Shown one piece after another: positions 17,789-26,253 of a DNA stretch of 29,994 nucleotides. Both the position numbers and the translations under genes were made by a program. Origin of the DNA: an uncultured Ruminococcus sp. (GTDB lineage: Bacteria > Bacillota > Clostridia > Oscillospirales > CAG-272). The stretch spans positions 1 to 29,994 of the forward strand of contig CACYEW010000214.1 in assembly GCA_902773455.1 (NCBI GenBank), written 5' to 3'. The notes under the pieces were generated by a model. The model had not been told where the DNA came from. It saw only the letters and a program-made list of their open reading frames with translations, and searched no databases. Each line of letters begins with the position of its first letter. Position 1 is the first letter of the stretch.

Positions 17789-17855
17789 GTTTTTTTGTCG
17801 ATTGTTTACAATCTCAGCCGATTATTTTACAAAGTTTTTTTGCCGCTTTCACAAT

Positions 17856-19298
17856 TTACGGAGCGATCCTGACGTTGATGTGCGATAATTTTTCGTACAG
17901 AGCAAAGTCGAGCTGCCTTAAAATGTCCTCAAGCTCGGTGTCGCCCATCACCGTCGTTCTGCCGTCTTCGTACATCTGCGCGACCCGGTCTTTGATCTTC
18001 AATACGATCGGATCGTGTTTGTCTATCCTGTTTTCGCCGGAAAGAGAATAGAACGAATTGAGCCAGTGAGCGATCCCGGCGGCGCCGCTGTGAGAGTCCA
18101 CCGCGACCGTGACGGGGCGGTTGAGTATCTTTTCGGTGTTGAATATATTATATATTTCCTCATCTTTGAGTATGCCGTCTGCGTGTATACCGGCTCTCGT
18201 AGTATTGAAGTTACGTCCGACGAAAGGCGTTCTCACGGGTATCTCATATCCGACGTGTTCCTCGAAATACTTCGCGATATCGGTTATCACCGAAAGATCC
18301 ATTCCGTCGTCGGTGCCGCGAAGCGAGCAGTATTCGATCACCATCGCTTCAAGCGGACAGTTGCCCGTGCGTTCGCCTATGCCGAGCAGAGAACAGTTGA
18401 CCGAAGAGCAGCCGTAAAGCCAGGCGGTCGAAGCGTTCGTGACGACCTTGTAAAAATCGTTGTGACCGTGCCATTCGAGCAGTTCGGACGGGACCTTCGA
18501 ATAGTGGAGCAGACCGTATATGATCCCCTGAACGCTTCGCGGAAGCGCAACGCCGGGGTAGCTTACGCCGTACCCCATCGTATCGCAGGCCCTTATCTTT
18601 ATCGGCACGTTGTATTTTTCGCCGAGCTCCATAAGCGCCGAGGCGAAAGGTACGACGAAACCGTAAAAATCGGCTCTCGTTATGTCTTCAAAGTGACAGC
18701 GCGGCTTGATGCCGAAGTTGATGACCTCTTCGACGGAGTTCAGATATTTTTCAAGAGCGCTCTTTCTCGTGAGCCCCATTTTCTTGTAAATATGATAATC
18801 CGAGCAGGAAACGAGTATGCCGGTCTCCTTTATACCGAGATCCTTTACGAGCTGCAGATCGTTCTTGTTCGCCCTGATCCAGCTCGTCACCTCGGGGAAT
18901 TCGTAGCCGAGATCCATACATTCCTGCACGGCGCGTCTGTCCTTTTCGGAATATACGAAGAATTCCGACTGCCTGATCAAACCGTTTTTTCCGCCGAGTT
19001 TATGCAGCATTTTGAATATGTCGACGATCTGTTCCACCGTGAAAGGCGAAGTCGACTGCTGACCGTCGCGGAAAGTCGTATCCGTTATCCAGATCTTCTC
19101 CGGCATGTTTATAGGCACGTGACGGTGGTTGAACGAGACCTTAGGTATCGAATCGTAGTCGAAAAGATATCTGTAAAGGTTCGGCGTGGTCCTTTCCTGA
19201 AGTTCATATTTGTAACCCGACTGCTCGAGCAGGTTTGACGTTTCCGAAAACTGAAGCGATATATTCTCCGAACGGGAAATTTTATTGTATTCTTCCAT
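17856..19298 (-). CDS. DRE-TIM metallolyase; most likely clostridial Re-citrate synthase (isopropylmalate/homocitrate synthase superfamily)
   Basis: ITDTTFRDGQQ, EWHGHNDF, LLGIGERTGN and AGIHADG; N-terminal PNLYR.LF.Y..IPKV.FN extension; no LeuA C-terminal regulatory domain (480 aa). Confidence 0.82.
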   Translation of the reverse strand: MEEYNKISRSENISLQFSETSNLLEQSGYKYELQERTTPNLYRYLFDYDSIPKVSFNHRHVPINMPEKIWITDTTFRDGQQSTSPFTVEQIVDIFKMLHKLGGKNGLIRQSEFFVYSEKDRRAVQECMDLGYEFPEVTSWIRANKNDLQLVKDLGIKETGILVSCSDYHIYKKMGLTRKSALEKYLNSVEEVINFGIKPRCHFEDITRADFYGFVVPFASALMELGEKYNVPIKIRACDTMGYGVSYPGVALPRSVQGIIYGLLHYSKVPSELLEWHGHNDFYKVVTNASTAWLYGCSSVNCSLLGIGERTGNCPLEAMVIEYCSLRGTDDGMDLSVITDIAKYFEEHVGYEIPVRTPFVGRNFNTTRAGIHADGILKDEEIYNIFNTEKILNRPVTVAVDSHSGAAGIAHWLNSFYSLSGENRIDKHDPIVLKIKDRVAQMYEDGRTTVMGDTELEDILRQLDFALYEKLSHINVRIAP

Positions 19299-19331
19299 AA
19301 AAGCCTCCGTATTGGATATTGAATTGATGCA

Positions 19332-19360
19332 ATTATATCACACTTTTTGCATAATATCAA
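19332..19360 (-). promoter_or_regulatory. sigmaA promoter for the Re-citrate synthase gene
   Basis: TTGATA (19360-19355), 17 bp, TATAAT (19337-19332) with an extended TGa. Confidence 0.75.
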
Positions 19361-19489
19361 TACCTTTCTTGCAAAAAATACGAAAAAATCGAGGAAATTT
19401 CAAAAAAAACGCAACAAATAAAGACGTGATAACGCAAAACAGTGAAAAGACGCGTATGAGTCCGTTGAAAAAAATTTCCCGAATTGCTC

Positions 19490-19518
19490 TTGACTTGCAG
19501 CCGAAAGTATTGTATAAT
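19490..19518 (+). promoter_or_regulatory. sigmaA promoter for the 837-aa lipoprotein
   Basis: TTGACT (19490-19495), 17 bp, TATAAT (19513-19518); AAGGTGA RBS before ATG 19542. Confidence 0.8.
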
Positions 19519-19541
19519 GTAAAAAAAGGAAAGGTGATATT

Positions 19542-22055
19542 ATGAAAAAGTTGAGAATTACCGCGCTTCTGCTTCTTATCGCGATGTGTGCAGGCGCCGT
19601 TTTCGGCTGCGTCGAAAACCCCCCGCTTCAGACGGAAGAAGCAAGCGTGACCGGCGGAGCGGGCGGAGTCACGACCGAACCGCTGCCGATAGATACGAAG
19701 CCTGCCGATACGCAGGCGGACACCGGGACGGCCGATACCGAACCGGTGCAGAGCAGTCCCGAACCCGGCGAGCCGGGATACGTTATACCCGAGGAAAATC
19801 TGACGGGCAAAAACTCCAAAAGCGATCCCGCCGAAGACGACGGCGACGGTCCCGCGATCCTTCAGAGACTGATCAAAGAATCGATCATAAAAAATCCCGA
19901 CGCAAAACCCGACTCCGTCGTGCCGCGTATCGATTTCGCTTACGACGTGGACAACTGCACGGGATTTCTCGCTCAGCAGGGAGCCTACATCTGCGAAAAT
20001 ATTTATACCGATATGGAGAAATACTCGGCGGAAATGAGACGCGCCGAGATCGCCGTCAATCAGGGCTTTATGAATAAGGTCGAGGGTACCGAATTCAAGC
20101 CGAACGCCCCGATCACCTACGGCGAGGTGCTGAGAGGCATGCTGTACGCCGTCGGCTACAGAAAATACGCCGATAAATACGGCGTTGCAAAGCTCGCGTC
20201 GGAGACGGGTCTTTCTGACTATATCGATCTTTCGAAGCCCAATTCCTCCACGGTCACGTACGCTGAATACGCGCAGATAATGTCGAACGCCGTGCGTATG
20301 ACGCTCGTGCAGAGCGTCATAAAGGACGGTCAGATCTATACGGTTTCGAGAGGCGATACTCATAACCTCAAATCCGCTTATATCTCCAATAACGCCTCGG
20401 AAGCTGATTCGCTGTTCCGCGTCGCAAACTACGGCTGGGAGATCTACACCGGCGGCGGTTACAGATACGGACCGAGTATGATCATAAACGAAGACGGAAC
20501 GATCGACTGCTGGCTCGCCTCCAACTCCGGCGTCAGCGGCGAGATCGACTGGGGCAAATACAGAAAATCGTATGACGGCGGTCACAGCTGGACCACCGAT
20601 ACGGGCGCCGTTCGCCCGACTTCCTCCTCCGAGGACTGGAACTGGTCCTGCGACCCCGGCGTCATAAAGATCGGCGAATACTATTACGCGACGTATACGA
20701 CGACGGTATGGCACGACGGTCTCGACAATAACCTGTTCGTTTCGAGAAGCAAGACTCCGCAGGGCGCGTTCGTTGAAAAATGGAACGGCGAGAACTGGAG
20801 CTACGGCGATCCGAAGGCGATAGTCACCTTCGACGGACAGAAAGCAAAATGGGGCTGCGGCGAGGGCTCGATGGTCGTCGTCGGCGACACGCTTTATCTG
20901 TACGCTTCGTGGAACGACACGCTCGGAGATTACACGAGAGTCTATACCGCTCCCGCAAACGATCCGAACTGGCCGGGCAAGCTCACGTTCAGAGGCTCGG
21001 CTTATAAGCACAACGCCTCGGAAGACAGCGCGGACGTCAAATACGTCGACGCGTACGAATGCTTCGTTTCCGTCGCTACGGCGTCGCGTTTTTCGGAAAA
21101 CTGCTACGTTCACGTGATGACCTCGTTCGACGGCTTGTATTTCCGTCAGGAGGCGCAGTTAAAGCATAAGACGAAGGAGTCGAATATACGCGAGAGCATA
21201 CATAATATGGGCATTACGGGCGACCCGCTCGGACATATAGATATTTTCAACGTACAGCATTTCATAGCGTACGCGTATCAGCCGACGGGATTCGACTGGG
21301 CGAACTGGCCGACGAGGATGTCGCCGATAACGTGGGTAGGCACGGATCTTTACGGCCACGAGGATCAGGTCGAAAACAACGGCGACAAACCGTCGACGAC
21401 CGACAAGAAGAACACGCCGAAATACATCCAGATGCGCATAACGAATTCGAATTTGCCGGGCAGAACGATCAACATCACCAAAAAAGGCGGATCGAAAACG
21501 TTTTCGGTCAGCTTGATGAACAACAAAGGAGCCGACAACGTAACGAAAGCGGCGGATATCCTTTCGAGTATCGAGTATTTCTACGATGAAACGAAACTGA
21601 AGCTCGATAAGAACACGCGCACGGTAACGCTTCTTTGCGACGAGCTTGTAAGGGTATATGCGAAGTACGGCGATCTTATGTGTGAATTCGCCGTTTCTCC
21701 CGATTATCTCGATCAGAGCAAGCCGGTCGCGTTCTATCCCGAGGTCGATACCGTAACGTTCTATTACAGAAACGAAACGAAGCAGCCCGGATTCATCGCG
21801 AAAAGCGCGACGAACGAATATCTCGTGCTCTGGGGCTCCAAATCGAGCTTTACGGACGCGAAAACTAAGGATATCCCGTCCGAACTCCAGAAATGGGATC
21901 AGAAGGCGACGATACGCGACGATTACGATAAGAACGTAATAAGCGTTTCAGCCGACGGTCAGATCACCGCGAAAGGCGTCGGCGAAACGGTCGTGACCGT
22001 GGATTATATGGGCTTTACCGCTTCGGTCAGAGTCGTGGTCGAAAAGCTGAGATAA
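19542..22055 (+). CDS. Multidomain lipoprotein: SLH-like repeats + five-bladed beta-propeller glycosidase-like domain (GH43/32/68 superfamily) + C-terminal Ig-like (Big_2) domain(s)
   Basis: Signal peptide II (AVFG-C23); P/T linker; SLH-like YTD...AVNQGFM...FKPNAPITYGE; propeller motifs YRYGPS, SYDGGHSW (Asp-box), CDPGVIKIGEYYY and WGCGEGSMVVVGDTLYLY; C-terminal VISVSADGQITAKGVGETVVTV. Confidence 0.75.
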   Translation: MKKLRITALLLLIAMCAGAVFGCVENPPLQTEEASVTGGAGGVTTEPLPIDTKPADTQADTGTADTEPVQSSPEPGEPGYVIPEENLTGKNSKSDPAEDDGDGPAILQRLIKESIIKNPDAKPDSVVPRIDFAYDVDNCTGFLAQQGAYICENIYTDMEKYSAEMRRAEIAVNQGFMNKVEGTEFKPNAPITYGEVLRGMLYAVGYRKYADKYGVAKLASETGLSDYIDLSKPNSSTVTYAEYAQIMSNAVRMTLVQSVIKDGQIYTVSRGDTHNLKSAYISNNASEADSLFRVANYGWEIYTGGGYRYGPSMIINEDGTIDCWLASNSGVSGEIDWGKYRKSYDGGHSWTTDTGAVRPTSSSEDWNWSCDPGVIKIGEYYYATYTTTVWHDGLDNNLFVSRSKTPQGAFVEKWNGENWSYGDPKAIVTFDGQKAKWGCGEGSMVVVGDTLYLYASWNDTLGDYTRVYTAPANDPNWPGKLTFRGSAYKHNASEDSADVKYVDAYECFVSVATASRFSENCYVHVMTSFDGLYFRQEAQLKHKTKESNIRESIHNMGITGDPLGHIDIFNVQHFIAYAYQPTGFDWANWPTRMSPITWVGTDLYGHEDQVENNGDKPSTTDKKNTPKYIQMRITNSNLPGRTINITKKGGSKTFSVSLMNNKGADNVTKAADILSSIEYFYDETKLKLDKNTRTVTLLCDELVRVYAKYGDLMCEFAVSPDYLDQSKPVAFYPEVDTVTFYYRNETKQPGFIAKSATNEYLVLWGSKSSFTDAKTKDIPSELQKWDQKATIRDDYDKNVISVSADGQITAKGVGETVVTVDYMGFTASVRVVVEKLR

Positions 22056-22065
22056 AACCGGAAAT

Positions 22066-22099
22066 AAAAAAATGAGAGGCTCGAGCCTCTCATTTTTTT
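22066..22099. terminator. Bidirectional intrinsic terminator (perfect 34-bp palindrome)
   Basis: AAAAAAATGAGAGGC-TCGA-GCCTCTCATTTTTTT between convergent genes. Confidence 0.9.
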
Positions 22100-22107
22100 G
22101 TGATTTT

Positions 22108-25100
22108 TCATACGTTCTTTTTATGCTCGACCGTAAGCGTGCCGAGATGCGCCGGGATAAAGTTGTAGTCGTTTGTCCACATATCTCCGCCGGTCACGAA
22201 ATGGCCGGGACCGTATGCGCCGTGTATCGCGGGTACGAGATGAAGAGGTCCGAACAGATTGCGCCTCGTGCCTACGAGCACGACTTTTATCTCCGATCCG
22301 TTCTTCACGGCTTCGGTGACGTCGGCTTCATAAGGCTCCCACGCAAGCGCCTGCTTTTTACCGTCGAACTCAACTCTCACGAGTCCGCCCTTGAATTTGT
22401 CGGCTTTGAGTATGATACGCTCGTTTCCGGCGGGCTTTCTGAACGTGCCGGCGCTCAACTTATAAGTCAGGCAGCCGGTATAGAACGGCATCGAATAATT
22501 GATGAGGTCAGACGTTCCGACCTTGTCGGGCAGGGAAGTGAGCGTGCGTTTGTGACCGTCGATCTTCACTCCGAATTTACCGATGAGATAAAGCGATTCG
22601 ATATTCGTCGTTCTCATGAACGCGACCCTGACCGTTACGGTATTCAATCCGATCTTCAGAGCTCCTTCCGGTACGGGCATCTTTTTGAGACAGTTGTCTA
22701 TATAGAAATCGTCTTTATCGGGACATTGCAGTTTTATTCCGTTTATGAAATAAGAGTTGAATTCGGGACGTTCGCCGCAGAGGCAGACTCTGCCCTCGGG
22801 CAGCTTTTCTATATCGAACGTATATTCAAGCTCTATATCGCCGTATATCTTCTTGTCGTGGAGCTTTGAGTACCACGGCTGAAGCATTCCGCCGCCCCTG
22901 TGCTCGATCCCGTAATGATCACGTACCTGCTGGTCGACCTTCAGAGATTCCGCCTCGGCTGAAAATTCGCCGTCCGCGGTCTTCCATCTCGCGAAGTCGA
23001 GCACGCACGCCTGATCCTCGTCGCACTCGTATTCGAACGTGCCGTCTATGAAATATATCTGCGTCAGAGTTTTTTCTTCGGGCGCGGGAAGAGCGTCGGA
23101 GTCTTTGGCGAATACTATCACGGCAGAGCCGGCCGCTTCAAGCTCAAGTTCAAATCTTCCGCCGTAATACGCTTTTTCATAAGTGATCTTATATCTTTCG
23201 CCTGTTTCGAGCGACCACAGCTCCGGCGTATAACCGTCTTTTATATTCGTTGCCGTGATCTGCAAAGGTCCCGTCGCGTTTTCACGGTCGGTATTGAGAA
23301 ACGCCGCGATATATATATCGGAATCCGCGTCGTAACGCTCCTGCACGAATACGTCGCCGCAGTTTTCGCCGTTTACGTCTTCGATATAAACCGCTTCGTG
23401 ATCGCGTCTTACCGCCGTCACGACGTTTTCTTCGTCAAACGGGACTCTGATACATTCTTCGGCAAGCTCAGCCGGTTCGTCGGAGGGTACGGCGTCGACG
23501 TATTTCGGCGCCTCGCCCGCAAACACGATCTTTCCGCCGGCTTCTTTGAACTCTTTAAGGATCCTGAGCGTCGTCGGACGGATCGTCAGCATACCGGAGA
23601 CAAGAACCGTCTTGTAAGCCGCTTCGCCTACGTGCAGTATCGCGCCGTCTTCCGTCTTTTCAACGTAAGTCCTCGGTATCATCATCTGTTCTTCGCCGTA
23701 GTCGAAATCTATATGATTGCGTATGAGCATCGAAAACAGCTTCTGATATTTGCCTTCGATCTCGTGAGCGAGAGGCGATACGGGCGATATCCACTGCGCC
23801 CAGCCGAGATGCGCTCTGCACCAGACGCTTTCGATCGGGTTCATAACGAGCAGATCGCAGCACGGCTTGCCCTGCTGCATCATCAGGCCGAAACGCGCGA
23901 AATAAGTTTCGACGAACGGATAATCCTTATACCACGGCGACTGATGAAGAATGCTCGCCGGGTAGTCGCGCTTCGACTCGCCCTCCATCGTGTACCACGA
24001 AAGATGCTGACAGCGCAGGTTTATACCGAAAAGCGCCTGCCAGTCGCCGACCGCTTTGTGCGATCTGAGGTTGAATTCCCAGCCGGTGCAGCCGTAAAGC
24101 TCGGATAAGAGCCATTTTTTGCCGAGCTGTCTTGCGGCGGATGCGAGCTGCTTTACCACCCAGTAACAGCGGTTGTGCTCGGTGAGCAGATCTATGCCGG
24201 GATAACCCATATATTCGTACGATCTCATAAGAGAGCCGTTCGGAACGGTCTGGTTTGTCAGAGAATCCTCGTGCAGAACGTGACCGGTGAAGATTATGCC
24301 GTTCTTGTTGCACCAGTCGTTTATGCGCTTCATGAACCTCTCGACGAAGAGATTGCACGCAAGATCGAAATAATTGAGCTTTACCCGGCTTACGGGATCT
24401 CCGTCCTTCTGATAGAAAAGCTCCGGCAGAAGAGGCTTCATATCGTAGCCGTATCTCTTTCTGAATTCGTCGAAGAAATCGTCCGTATAAGCCGTCGCGC
24501 AGCTTATCACGCCGTCTTTTTCACGGCGGTTGTCCATCGCGTGGCCTCTGTGCGGCTCGTCCGTAAAGATGCCTTTTATGCTTCTGCCGAGCCTGTCTCC
24601 GCATTTCGCTTTATACTGCTCGTGAGTCATCTCTATAAAACGGTCGACCGCCGCCGTGCTCATCGTATCGATATAAGTCGTGCCGTTGTAGCCGCTCGAC
24701 GGCTCGTCGGGGATAATGCGGAAGTGAAGTATCTTTTTACCCGAAGGTACGTTTTTGACGTCTTCTTCAAAGATCTGTCTGTAGCTGCCGAGCCTGAGCC
24801 CGTCAAGCTCCGCTTCGAATATCATGAACGTATCGTCCGACGGTTCGAATTTTTCGGGCGACGATTCGTAAACGTAAAGCGACTTCATTCTGTACTGCGG
24901 GTCGACCGTGACTTTTCCGCCCGCGCTGCCGGAAGGCCAGCGGTCCTCGTCGTAAAGCCAGGATTCCATGCCGAGGCGTTCGCCCTCGTCGGCGGTCGAG
25001 TTGATAAGCTCGAACCATTCCTTACCGAGATATTCGGTGATGAGACCGGCTCTGCTGTGCATGAAATAGCCGCCGAGACCCATTTCTTTCATAACTCCTA

Positions 25101-25212
25101 CCTGGCGTTTGAGTTCTTTTTCTTCAAGTTCGCCGTTCCAGCTCCAGAACGGTTTGCCGCGGTATTCTTTACCGGGCGAGGTGAATTGCCTGATCAAAGT
25201 TTCTTTATTCAT
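22108..25212 (-). CDS. Large glycoside hydrolase, GH106 (alpha-L-rhamnosidase)-like, cytoplasmic
   Basis: YRGKPFWSWNGEL, GLGGYFMHSRAGL..YL..EWF, WLYDEDRWPSG.AGG, GIFTDEP, GHVLHED, LSELYG and RDYPAS; 1034 aa; no signal peptide. Confidence 0.78.
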   Translation of the reverse strand: MNKETLIRQFTSPGKEYRGKPFWSWNGELEEKELKRQVGVMKEMGLGGYFMHSRAGLITEYLGKEWFELINSTADEGERLGMESWLYDEDRWPSGSAGGKVTVDPQYRMKSLYVYESSPEKFEPSDDTFMIFEAELDGLRLGSYRQIFEEDVKNVPSGKKILHFRIIPDEPSSGYNGTTYIDTMSTAAVDRFIEMTHEQYKAKCGDRLGRSIKGIFTDEPHRGHAMDNRREKDGVISCATAYTDDFFDEFRKRYGYDMKPLLPELFYQKDGDPVSRVKLNYFDLACNLFVERFMKRINDWCNKNGIIFTGHVLHEDSLTNQTVPNGSLMRSYEYMGYPGIDLLTEHNRCYWVVKQLASAARQLGKKWLLSELYGCTGWEFNLRSHKAVGDWQALFGINLRCQHLSWYTMEGESKRDYPASILHQSPWYKDYPFVETYFARFGLMMQQGKPCCDLLVMNPIESVWCRAHLGWAQWISPVSPLAHEIEGKYQKLFSMLIRNHIDFDYGEEQMMIPRTYVEKTEDGAILHVGEAAYKTVLVSGMLTIRPTTLRILKEFKEAGGKIVFAGEAPKYVDAVPSDEPAELAEECIRVPFDEENVVTAVRRDHEAVYIEDVNGENCGDVFVQERYDADSDIYIAAFLNTDRENATGPLQITATNIKDGYTPELWSLETGERYKITYEKAYYGGRFELELEAAGSAVIVFAKDSDALPAPEEKTLTQIYFIDGTFEYECDEDQACVLDFARWKTADGEFSAEAESLKVDQQVRDHYGIEHRGGGMLQPWYSKLHDKKIYGDIELEYTFDIEKLPEGRVCLCGERPEFNSYFINGIKLQCPDKDDFYIDNCLKKMPVPEGALKIGLNTVTVRVAFMRTTNIESLYLIGKFGVKIDGHKRTLTSLPDKVGTSDLINYSMPFYTGCLTYKLSAGTFRKPAGNERIILKADKFKGGLVRVEFDGKKQALAWEPYEADVTEAVKNGSEIKVVLVGTRRNLFGPLHLVPAIHGAYGPGHFVTGGDMWTNDYNFIPAHLGTLTVEHKKNV

Positions 25213-25221
25213 AAAGACTCC

Positions 25222-26253
25222 TTAAACCGATCTTATAAATCCTTTTTCTTTATCGTAAGAGTATAAGGCGACCGTCGTCGTATAACCGCCGTCTTCCGTT
25301 CTCGACGGCTCGCTTATATAAAACCTGCCGTCGCAAAGCGACGCTATGCCCGTATTGCCGAGAGGAAAATAACTGCTTTGTTCCGGCAAAAGCGTAAGGC
25401 ACAGCCCGATCTCACCGGTGCCTTTGACGTCGGTCAGCTTAGCCGGCGTTTTTCCGTCTATGACGAACAGATAATAATTATCAAAACACGCCTTTTTGCC
25501 CGGATACACGCATACGAACGTGTCTTTTGTATAAGGGTCGTATTCGAGATTCTGTACGCCGTACGTCGTGTTCCCGGTATATAAGAACGTTCTGTATCTG
25601 CATAAAGGTCCCGACGTGTGCGGAGCCGACTGTAAAAGCGGCTTCGCTGTTTTATCGATCTCGTCCGTATCGTAAAACAGTATGACCTGATTATCGTTAT
25701 CGGTACGCTCCGTATCGCCGTAGATACCGTACGCTACGGCGAGATATTTTTTACCGTCCTCACAGCCGGGCAGAGGCATCAGCGTTACGCCGTCGATACC
25801 CGAACAGCCGTATTTATGTTCGCCGCAAAGACCTTTGCCGAGGTAATCGCCGACCACCTCGGACAGATACGCCGCCTTTACCGCGCCGCACGTTTCGGAG
25901 CATAGACCGACCGAGTTTATTGAGTCGACGTCGAAGACGACGATATAAAACCCGTCTCTGACTTCGTTTATGCCGATCCGGTCGTGCAGACCTTTGCCTA
26001 TCGCGTCGTTTTTATATTCGAGCGAAGCGTATACTTTGCGCTTGACCGGATCGAAGCACATACATCCTATATGACCGATGAATCCGCCGACGGAACCGAC
26101 GGGCGTACCGTCAAAGCCGTACTTGCAGAAATCGGTCGTATAGGAATAGTACATAAATCTCTTTTCGGTATCGGCGGCGATGCCCTGAACGTGACCGCCG
26201 TACCAGACGCCGGTTTTGTGTATAAGGGGCAGATCCGCTTCAGTATTTTTCAT
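25222..26253 (-). CDS. Hypothetical protein (343 aa), beta-rich, possible beta-propeller
   Basis: Start reassigned to ATG 26253, which shares a base with the upstream TAA (TAATG). Repeated short beta-strand motifs: HVQGIA, GHIGCMCF, SLEYKND, GIDGVTL, YGVQNLEYD and GNTGIASL. Confidence 0.75.
   Translation of the reverse strand: MKNTEADLPLIHKTGVWYGGHVQGIAADTEKRFMYYSYTTDFCKYGFDGTPVGSVGGFIGHIGCMCFDPVKRKVYASLEYKNDAIGKGLHDRIGINEVRDGFYIVVFDVDSINSVGLCSETCGAVKAAYLSEVVGDYLGKGLCGEHKYGCSGIDGVTLMPLPGCEDGKKYLAVAYGIYGDTERTDNDNQVILFYDTDEIDKTAKPLLQSAPHTSGPLCRYRTFLYTGNTTYGVQNLEYDPYTKDTFVCVYPGKKACFDNYYLFVIDGKTPAKLTDVKGTGEIGLCLTLLPEQSSYFPLGNTGIASLCDGRFYISEPSRTEDGGYTTTVALYSYDKEKGFIRSV

Noticed and set aside
17835-17854. 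Possible cre (CcpA) site TGAAAGCGGCAAAA or Rex box on the minus strand
   Set aside because: Only the left half matches either consensus.
17856-19298. Annotation as leuA (2-isopropylmalate synthase) or nifV
   Set aside because: No leucine-binding regulatory domain, no leu/nif context, and a DTTFRDGQQ motif that fits the Re-citrate synthase subgroup better.
19373-19420. Phased A-tracts (DNA bending) or an sRNA in the 243-bp divergent intergenic region
   Set aside because: A-tract starts (19373, 19383, 19395, 19402, 19416) are irregularly spaced. There is no stable hairpin or terminator to support an sRNA, and two promoters account for the region.
19338-21113. 591-aa antisense ORF opposite the 837-aa lipoprotein (likewise 3533-4615, 18015-19238, 24175-25266 and 28967-29977)
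   Set aside because: Each lies in the exactly codon-aligned antisense frame of a real gene. Avoidance of TTA/CTA/TCA codons on the sense strand removes the antisense stops. No RBS or family motifs.
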